The notes under the pieces: model-generated | What the model was told of the DNA's origin: nothing | Database searches by the model: none | The model's input: only the letters and a program-made list of their open reading frames with translations | NCBI GenBank assembly: GCA_035461905.1 | Contig: DATHUV010000034.1 | Location: 8,574-72,573, forward strand | Length of the DNA: 64,000 nt | Direction of reading: 5' to 3' | Source: Acidimicrobiia bacterium | GTDB lineage: Bacteria > Actinomycetota > Acidimicrobiia > Spongiisociales > UBA5794 | Made by a program: the position numbers and the translations under genes | In this document: positions 58,774 to 64,000 of the stretch, piece after piece | Numbering within the stretch: position 1 is the first letter of the stretch | Layout of the letters: the number at the start of each line of letters is the position of its first letter

Positions 58774-58788
58774 TCCGGCGTCAGCCGA

Positions 58789-59073
58789 TCAGGGGGTGAC
58801 CTTCACTCCGCGCCAGAAGGCGATGTAGTCCTTGATGTCGGATGCCGCAGGCTTCGGATCCGGGTAGTACCACGCGGCACCGGCGTTGACGGCTCCATCG
58901 ACCACGACGTCGTAGTAGCTCGCTGTCCCCTTCCAAGGGCACACCGTGTGGGCATCCGACGCCTTGAAGAACTCGGTGTGCACCGCGTCCGGAGGGAAGT
59001 AGTGGTTCCCCTCGACCACGATGGTCTCGTCGCTCTCGGCAACGACCGTTCCGTTCCATGTGGCAATTGCCAT
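58789..59073 (-). CDS. DUF427-domain protein
   Basis: 94 aa: WNGTVVAESDETIVVEGNHYFPPDAV...CPWKGTASYYDVVVDG..NAGAAWYYPDP. Confidence 0.8.
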   Translation of the reverse strand: MAIATWNGTVVAESDETIVVEGNHYFPPDAVHTEFFKASDAHTVCPWKGTASYYDVVVDGAVNAGAAWYYPDPKPAASDIKDYIAFWRGVKVTP

Positions 59074-59184
59074 GGCCTACTCCTCAGTTGACTTGTTGTG
59101 TCCTCTTGAACGGTTCGGTCCGGCGCTGCATTCCGGATGTCGACTCGCAGGCATAGAGGGCCCCGCGCCCACTAGCGTTGCGGC

Positions 59185-59817
59185 ATGCTGCCGATACGCA
59201 TCATCGAGACCGAACGAGAGGACTTCGACGGGCCCATCGTCGAGCTGTGGCGCGAGGACGACTTCATCGGCCTCGTGTTCTGGGACGGCGAGGCGACGAT
59301 CCTGCAGGTGTACCCGGACGGGGAGGGCGACGTCCACGATCTGGACGTACGCGAGCTCCAGATGCTGTTGGACACGGCGATGCGGATCGTCGATCCCGAC
59401 GCCTTCGATGCGGAGATGGACCAGCTCCGGAGCGCGGCCGTGGCCGCACAGTCGTGGGGGGACGAGCACCCGGCAACGGTCGAGCTGCTTGCCGACTTCG
59501 ATGGGCGGGCCGTGTTCCGCACGGACGAAGGCGAGGGGTTCTTCGATCGTGCGACTGCATTGGCGTTCATCGACAAGTGCGAGGAGCTGGACCTTGCCGT
59601 CGTGGAGATGGACGGCCTCGACCTCGTGGACGACGCGGTGACGTCACGCGAAGGCCTCGACCTGGTCGTACCCGACCAGCCGATGATGACGTGGTCCGAG
59701 GCGCGGGCATTCGCAAACCGAACTGCCCACCGAACGCTCGACGGATGGCCTGCTGATGACGACCTCGTGGTGGCGTTCGTGTTCCGCCAACCCGACGGAG
59801 AGGACATCGTCGCGTGA
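59185..59817 (+). CDS. Acidic hypothetical protein
   Basis: 210-aa ORF, Asp/Glu-rich, with codon usage like its neighbours. No recognisable motif. Confidence 0.55.
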   Translation: MLPIRIIETEREDFDGPIVELWREDDFIGLVFWDGEATILQVYPDGEGDVHDLDVRELQMLLDTAMRIVDPDAFDAEMDQLRSAAVAAQSWGDEHPATVELLADFDGRAVFRTDEGEGFFDRATALAFIDKCEELDLAVVEMDGLDLVDDAVTSREGLDLVVPDQPMMTWSEARAFANRTAHRTLDGWPADDDLVVAFVFRQPDGEDIVA

Positions 59818-59821
59818 TGTC

Positions 59822-60178
59822 TCACGCCGACGCCGTGATGAGCACCCCCGTCACGAGATAGATCGCTCCGACGAGGAGCGGTATGTTCGTGATCACCGAC
59901 TCGGTGCCTCTCGGGGTTTCCCACGACGAACCGTTGATCGCCAGGTCGATGAACGAACCCGCGATGGGGCCGAAGATCATCGTCAACACGCCGAGCACCA
60001 CGACGAGGTATCCCATCATCGTCTGGACGGCGACTGGCTCACACGCTGCGCCCACCACGGTTCCATCGCAGAAGTCCGGCCACAGTGGTGCGAATACGAC
60101 CGACAGCACCCAAGCCGCCGCATAGCCGGCGACAGTCAGGACGACCGTCCGGATTGGCCTCGATCGAAGCATCCGCAT
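59822..60178 (-). CDS. Hypothetical integral membrane protein
   Basis: 118 aa with three predicted TM segments. It converges on the previous gene with a 4-nt gap. Confidence 0.55.
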   Translation of the reverse strand: MRMLRSRPIRTVVLTVAGYAAAWVLSVVFAPLWPDFCDGTVVGAACEPVAVQTMMGYLVVVLGVLTMIFGPIAGSFIDLAINGSSWETPRGTESVITNIPLLVGAIYLVTGVLITASA

Positions 60179-60258
60179 CAGGCAAGGGTAGGGGATGTCG
60201 ATCTGCCCGGCCCGGCGCCGCGTATTACCCTGTGTGTGTTCCCCCGAGGAAGTGACCA

Positions 60259-61332
60259 GTGCCGAGATACCGACCGGACATCGATGCGATTCCCCGGTAC
60301 GTACCGGGCAGACCCATCGAGGACGTCGTTCGCGAGCTCGGCATCACGTCCATCGACAAGCTCGCCTCGAACGAGCATCCCGAGCCCCCGTTTCCCGAGG
60401 TGCTCGAGGCCATCCACGCCGCATCCGACGGACTCAACCGCTATCCCGACAGCGGCGTCCACGTCCTCAGGCATGCCATTGCCGAGTACCACGGCGTTCC
60501 ACCTGAAGCGGTCTGGGTCGGTGCAGGGTCATCCGAGATCCTGCGATGCTCCGCACTGGCCGTGGGGGGTCCTGGTACGAGCGCGGTCTATGCATCCCCG
60601 TCGTTCGTGATGTACGCGATCGGGACCATGATCTCGGGTGCGGAGCCGGTGACGGTGCCGCTCACGCCCGGCCACGACCACGACCTGGACGCGATGCTCG
60701 CCGCGCTGCGCGAGGACACGACGATGGTCTACGTGTGCAATCCGAACAACCCGACGGGCGGCTTCCGTAGCGGGGACGACGTCGATGCGTTCATCTCGGA
60801 GGTGCCGACGGGCACGGTGTTGATCATCGATGAGGCGTACGCGGAGTACGTCACCGATCCGACCTATCGCTCCATGGTCCACCGTGCACTCGAGTCGCCG
60901 AACGTACTCGTGACCCGCACGTTCTCGAAGGTCTACGGCCTTGCGGGCCTCCGTGTCGGGTACGGCATCGGCGATCCCGACATGGTTGCGACGCTCCGAA
61001 CGACCCAGGCTCCATTCTCGGTCACGACTCTCGGCCAGGTCGCGGCTCTCGAGGCGCTCCGACACGATGACCGTGTCCGGGACAGGGCGGCCGCCAACGC
61101 GAAAGGCAGGGAGACCCTCGTGGAGGGCCTCACCGCCCTCGGCTACCTGGTGGCGCCGACGCAGGCGAACTTCGTGTATTTCGAGCCGGAGAACGGGGCG
61201 GCCGCCCTCGGCGACCGGCTCCTCTCGCTCGGCATCATCGTCAGGGTGCTCGGTGACGGTGTCCGCGTCTCCGTCGGGACAGAGGACGAGAACGCGCGTT
61301 TCCTCGCGGCGATGGGTGACCTCGATGCGTAG
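60259..61332 (+). CDS. Histidinol-phosphate / aromatic amino-acid aminotransferase (class II)
   Basis: GTG start. LASNEHPEPP, YPDSG, NPNNPTG, IIDEAYAEY, and TFSKVYGLAGLRVGY (PLP lysine). Confidence 0.88.
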   Translation: MPRYRPDIDAIPRYVPGRPIEDVVRELGITSIDKLASNEHPEPPFPEVLEAIHAASDGLNRYPDSGVHVLRHAIAEYHGVPPEAVWVGAGSSEILRCSALAVGGPGTSAVYASPSFVMYAIGTMISGAEPVTVPLTPGHDHDLDAMLAALREDTTMVYVCNPNNPTGGFRSGDDVDAFISEVPTGTVLIIDEAYAEYVTDPTYRSMVHRALESPNVLVTRTFSKVYGLAGLRVGYGIGDPDMVATLRTTQAPFSVTTLGQVAALEALRHDDRVRDRAAANAKGRETLVEGLTALGYLVAPTQANFVYFEPENGAAALGDRLLSLGIIVRVLGDGVRVSVGTEDENARFLAAMGDLDA

Positions 61333-61342
61333 GCCTTCCAAC

Positions 61343-61404
61343 TCCCCGTTCCTGCGTAACTCACGTCCCCTCCCGGGGCGTCAGCTACGCAAGGACGGGA
61401 GGGG
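61343..61404. repeat. Degenerate palindromic element copy 5
   Basis: CCCCGTTCCTGCGTAACTCACG ... CGTCAGCTACGCAAGGACGGGAGGGG. The arms match the family with several substitutions and still largely pair. The right arm GGACGGGAGGGG doubles as the Shine-Dalgarno region for the ATG at 61410. Confidence 0.75.
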
Positions 61405-61409
61405 CGCCC

Positions 61410-63527
61410 ATGCGTGAGCCTGCATCGGTCGATTGGGCGGATCTGTATGAGGTCGTCGGACGTGACGGGTCGATCGTCGGGGACGGTGAGATGCCGCCGT
61501 GGATCACGGAGGAACTCGCAACCGACCTCTACCGGGGGATGCTGTGCGCGAGGGTGTTCGACCGGCGTGCCACCGCAGCCCAGCGTCAGGGGCGGATCGG
61601 CACGTACGCGATCGCCGAGGGGCACGAAGCGATCCAGGTCGGGAGCGCCAAGGCACTTCGACCGAATGACTTCGTATACCCGGGGTATCGGGAGCACGGC
61701 GTGCAGATCGCAATGGGCGTCCCCTACGACACGATCCTGTCGTACTGGCGGGGCCTCCCCAACGCGACCTGGGATCCGCCTGCCATGCGCCAGATGGTGG
61801 TCACGGTGCCGATCGGAAGCCATCTCCCCCACGCGGTCGGGCACGCGTATGCCGAGCGTCTCGCCGGACACGATGTGGTGACGGTCGCCTACATCGGTGA
61901 TGGCGGGACATCCGAGAACGACTTCCACTCCGGGGTCAACTTCGCGGGTGTGTGGAAGACGCCCACCGTCTTCATCGTGTCAAACAACTTCTACGCGATC
62001 TCGGTGCCGTACGAGCAGCAGACGGCAGCCGCGAACCTCGCTGCGAAGGCTCCGGGCTATGGCGTGGCGGCAGAGCGGGTGAACGGGTTCGATGCCCTCG
62101 CGGTATACGACGCAACGCGTCGAGCCGTCGAGCGTGGAGCGGCGGGGGATGGGCCAACGCTCATCGAGGCTGTCTGTTACCGATTCGGTCCCCACGCAAC
62201 TGCCGACGATCCCGGCCTGTACCGGACGAAGGACGAGGAGGAACTGTGGCGCCCGTACGACCCGCTCATCCGGATGCGTCGGTTCCTCGAGTCGAACGGG
62301 TGGTGGGATACCGATCGTGAGGACGAAGCACAGAATGCGGCCGCGTCCGCCTTCGATCAAGCGCTCGACCGGGTGACCGCGATCCCGCTTCCTCCACGGT
62401 CGGATGCGATCGCGCACACCTTCTCGCGAACACCCGACTCCCTCCTCGAGCAGCTCAATCGAATAGAGGATGCCGCAGGGGAGGCCAGGACTGAGCTCCC
62501 GGCGTCGGAGCGGTTCGATGTGGGTGTGGACCAGCTCCCCGACGGTCCAACCACCTCGTTGACGATGGCAGAGGCCATCAACGCTGCGTTGCACCATGAG
62601 ATGGGTGCTGATCCCACGACCGTTCTCCTCGGCCAGGACGTCGCGGTGGCCGGAGGTGTGTTCCGGGTGTCCGTCGGCCTCCTCGAGGCGTTCGGTCCCG
62701 AACGGGTGATCGACACGCCGATCAACGAGTCCGGCATCGTCGGGACGGCGATCGGCATGGCGATGGCCGGGATGAGGCCGATCGCTGAGATCCAGTTCGA
62801 AGGGTTCTCATATCCCGCGTTCGACCAGATCGCGAGCCACCTCGGACGGATACGGTTCCGCTCCCGCGGGCACACGTCGCTCCCGATGGTTCTACGGATG
62901 CCCAACGGAGCAGGCATCGGCGCCCACGAGCACCACTGTGACAGTCCCGAGGCGTACTTTGCCCACGTGCCCGGTGTGATCGTCGTCGTCCCTTCGTCCC
63001 CGATCGACGCCAAGGGTCTGCTCGCAGCCGCGATCCGGTCACCGGACCCGGTGATCTTCCTCGAACCGAAGGTGTTGTACAGGGCCGGACGCGAGGAGGT
63101 GCCCGACGCACCGTACGAGCTCCCCATCGGCAGGGCCCGTATCCGTCGCCCCGGAAGCGATGTCACCCTCGTGACCTACGGGGGGATGGTGCCCGTTTCG
63201 CTCCGTGCGGCGGGGATGGTGGAGGGGGAAGGCGTCGATGTCGAGGTGATCGACCTTCGCACGATCTACCCGTGGGATGTCGGGACAGTGGCGGACTCGG
63301 TCAGCCGAACGGGCCGCCTTCTCTTCGTCCAGGAGCCCCAACGCACGGGAGGGGTGGGTGCCGAGGTCGTGGCCGAGATCGCCGAACGGTGCGGCTACGA
63401 CCTGATCGCTCCACCGCGGCGGTTCAGCGCGACGGACGCCCCGTGGCCCCAGTTCGCGGTCGAACGACACGCACTGCTCACCGACACGATGATCGCCTCG
63501 GAACTCCGCTCCCTCGTTCTTGCGTAA
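61410..63527 (+). CDS. Fused 2-oxoacid dehydrogenase E1 component (alpha and beta subunits in one polypeptide)
   Basis: Residues about 1-350 form the E1-alpha TPP-binding part (YIGDGGTSENDFH, NNFYAIS). After a linker, residues about 385-705 form E1-beta (MAEAINAALHHEM, IDTPINESGIVG, EIQFEGFSYPAFDQI). It is a single uninterrupted ORF whose last codons GTT CTT GCG TAA lie inside element copy 6. Confidence 0.88.
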   Translation: MREPASVDWADLYEVVGRDGSIVGDGEMPPWITEELATDLYRGMLCARVFDRRATAAQRQGRIGTYAIAEGHEAIQVGSAKALRPNDFVYPGYREHGVQIAMGVPYDTILSYWRGLPNATWDPPAMRQMVVTVPIGSHLPHAVGHAYAERLAGHDVVTVAYIGDGGTSENDFHSGVNFAGVWKTPTVFIVSNNFYAISVPYEQQTAAANLAAKAPGYGVAAERVNGFDALAVYDATRRAVERGAAGDGPTLIEAVCYRFGPHATADDPGLYRTKDEEELWRPYDPLIRMRRFLESNGWWDTDREDEAQNAAASAFDQALDRVTAIPLPPRSDAIAHTFSRTPDSLLEQLNRIEDAAGEARTELPASERFDVGVDQLPDGPTTSLTMAEAINAALHHEMGADPTTVLLGQDVAVAGGVFRVSVGLLEAFGPERVIDTPINESGIVGTAIGMAMAGMRPIAEIQFEGFSYPAFDQIASHLGRIRFRSRGHTSLPMVLRMPNGAGIGAHEHHCDSPEAYFAHVPGVIVVVPSSPIDAKGLLAAAIRSPDPVIFLEPKVLYRAGREEVPDAPYELPIGRARIRRPGSDVTLVTYGGMVPVSLRAAGMVEGEGVDVEVIDLRTIYPWDVGTVADSVSRTGRLLFVQEPQRTGGVGAEVVAEIAERCGYDLIAPPRRFSATDAPWPQFAVERHALLTDTMIASELRSLVLA

Positions 63528-63566
63528 CTGAGTTCCACCCTCGGTGGAACTCAGTTACGCAAGAAC
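63516..63566. repeat. Palindromic element copy 6 (variant with perfect 24-bp arms and a 3-nt loop)
   Basis: GTTCTTGCGTAACTGAGTTCCACC (63516-39), CTC, then GGTGGAACTCAGTTACGCAAGAAC (63543-66). It exactly fills the gap between the convergent E1 fusion (stop 63525-27) and hspR (stop 63570-72). Confidence 0.95.
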
Positions 63567-63569
63567 GGG

Positions 63570-63971
63570 TCAGGTGCCGTCGTTGAAGGGATCAGGTCTG
63601 CGGATCGCAGGGAGTTGGCGCTTCGAGGTTCGGCCCATCTCGATCAGCATCGTGTGCGTCCGTTCGCCGCGGCGCTCCTCGGCATCCTCGAGGAGCCTGC
63701 GGAGCCTGTCGACCTGGCTGCGCAGCCGGTCATTGTCCTTCTGGAGGCGGAGGATCCGCCTGATGCCCTCGATGTTGACGCCCGCGTTCGACAGTTCCTG
63801 GATGAGCTGGAGTCGCTCCACATCGGCCTGGCTGTAGCGGCGCGTTCCGCCCGGCGTGCGATAGGGCTCGACCAGTCCCTTGCGCTCGTACACGCGCAGG
63901 GTCTGTGGGTGCATACCGACGATCTCGGCCGCCACCGAAATGATGTACACCGCGTCTCTCTGTTCGCTCAT
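63570..63971 (-). CDS. hspR: MerR-family heat-shock repressor HspR
   Basis: 133 aa: YIISVAAEIVGMHPQTLRVYERKGLVEPYRTPGGTRRYS..DVERLQLIQEL, the MerR HTH with the HspR-type sequence. Confidence 0.88.
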   Translation of the reverse strand: MSEQRDAVYIISVAAEIVGMHPQTLRVYERKGLVEPYRTPGGTRRYSQADVERLQLIQELSNAGVNIEGIRRILRLQKDNDRLRSQVDRLRRLLEDAEERRGERTHTMLIEMGRTSKRQLPAIRRPDPFNDGT

Positions 63972-63972
63972 G

Positions 63973-64000
63973 TCACACTCCCAATACCGATCGGGGATTC
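63973..64000 (-). CDS. 3-prime end of the upstream minus-strand gene (possibly dnaJ, by dnaK-grpE-dnaJ-hspR synteny)
   Basis: Only 8 codons plus a TGA stop (..NPRSVLGV-stop) are visible, 1 nt before the hspR ATG. The identity is inferred from the usual operon order and is not seen here. Confidence 0.3.

Noticed and set aside
58504-58788. The structured spacer as RNase P RNA, tmRNA, SRP RNA, or a ZTP or c-di-AMP riboswitch.
   Set aside because: I could not find the diagnostic motifs on either strand: GAGGAAAGTCC for RNase P, a tRNA-like 3-prime end or tag ORF for tmRNA, GGAAGCAGCC for SRP, and the conserved ZTP or ydaO cores. I left it as an unclassified structured region.
61410-63527. The E1 alpha-beta fusion as an artefact of a missed stop or frameshift between two genes.
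   Set aside because: The frame is open and continuous across the junction (about 62450-62560), with a plausible Pro/Asp/Glu-rich linker. No alternative start with a ribosome-binding site for a separate beta subunit is evident. It can only be excluded fully with read-level data.

Overview
This is a dense, visibly high-GC chromosomal core segment of actinobacterial type. The pointers are HspR plus a HAIR operator at clpB, an LCP protein, Lnt and Lgt, and F420-type PPOX and DUF385-like enzymes. I support about 65 CDS. I recognised no rRNA, tRNA, CRISPR array, transposase or prophage gene. Product calls rest on motif and architecture recognition in the supplied translations, not on searches.

Gene content, in window order:
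- Reverse-transsulfuration pair (CBS core and cystathionine gamma-lyase), then rsgA.
- A cbiM / PDGLE-protein / cbiQ / cbiO Co/Ni ECF uptake operon behind a roughly 245-nt structured leader.
- A PAP2-kinase fusion translationally coupled to a lipoprotein.
- A Fur-family regulator coupled to a PPOX-like gene; an SDR and a class V aminotransferase; an LCP protein; ilvD.
- An amidohydrolase, an IMPase-family gene, lnt, and a class III aminotransferase with a crotonase.
- A near-complete minus-strand purine supercluster: purA-D-E-B, purC-S-Q-L, then amidase, rhomboid, purF-M.
- An Aap-like amino-acid ABC importer, lgt, a P-type ATPase, and rhodanese with SufE.
- A PadR / HAAS-NfeD / stomatin operon, clpB, PCu(A)C, a hisC-like gene, a fused E1 alpha-beta dehydrogenase, and hspR.

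Main findings:
1. A family of about 50-60 bp palindromic elements (core GTTCTTGCGTAACTGGGTT) occurs 7 times at gene ends. In four cases an element arm supplies the last three codons and the TAA stop (V-L/P-A-stop) of a housekeeping gene: clpB, purB, the E1 fusion and lgt.
2. A SelW/Rdx-like gene has an in-frame TGA exactly at the CxxU redox position and a plausible SECIS hairpin. Standard gene callers would truncate it.
3. PadR is translationally coupled to a HAAS-like::NfeD fusion and followed by an SPFH gene, with a perfect 10-bp inverted-repeat operator upstream.
4. Also noted: a PAP2::kinase fusion with its lipoprotein partner, an orphan fused E1 alpha-beta, and two structured non-coding regions.
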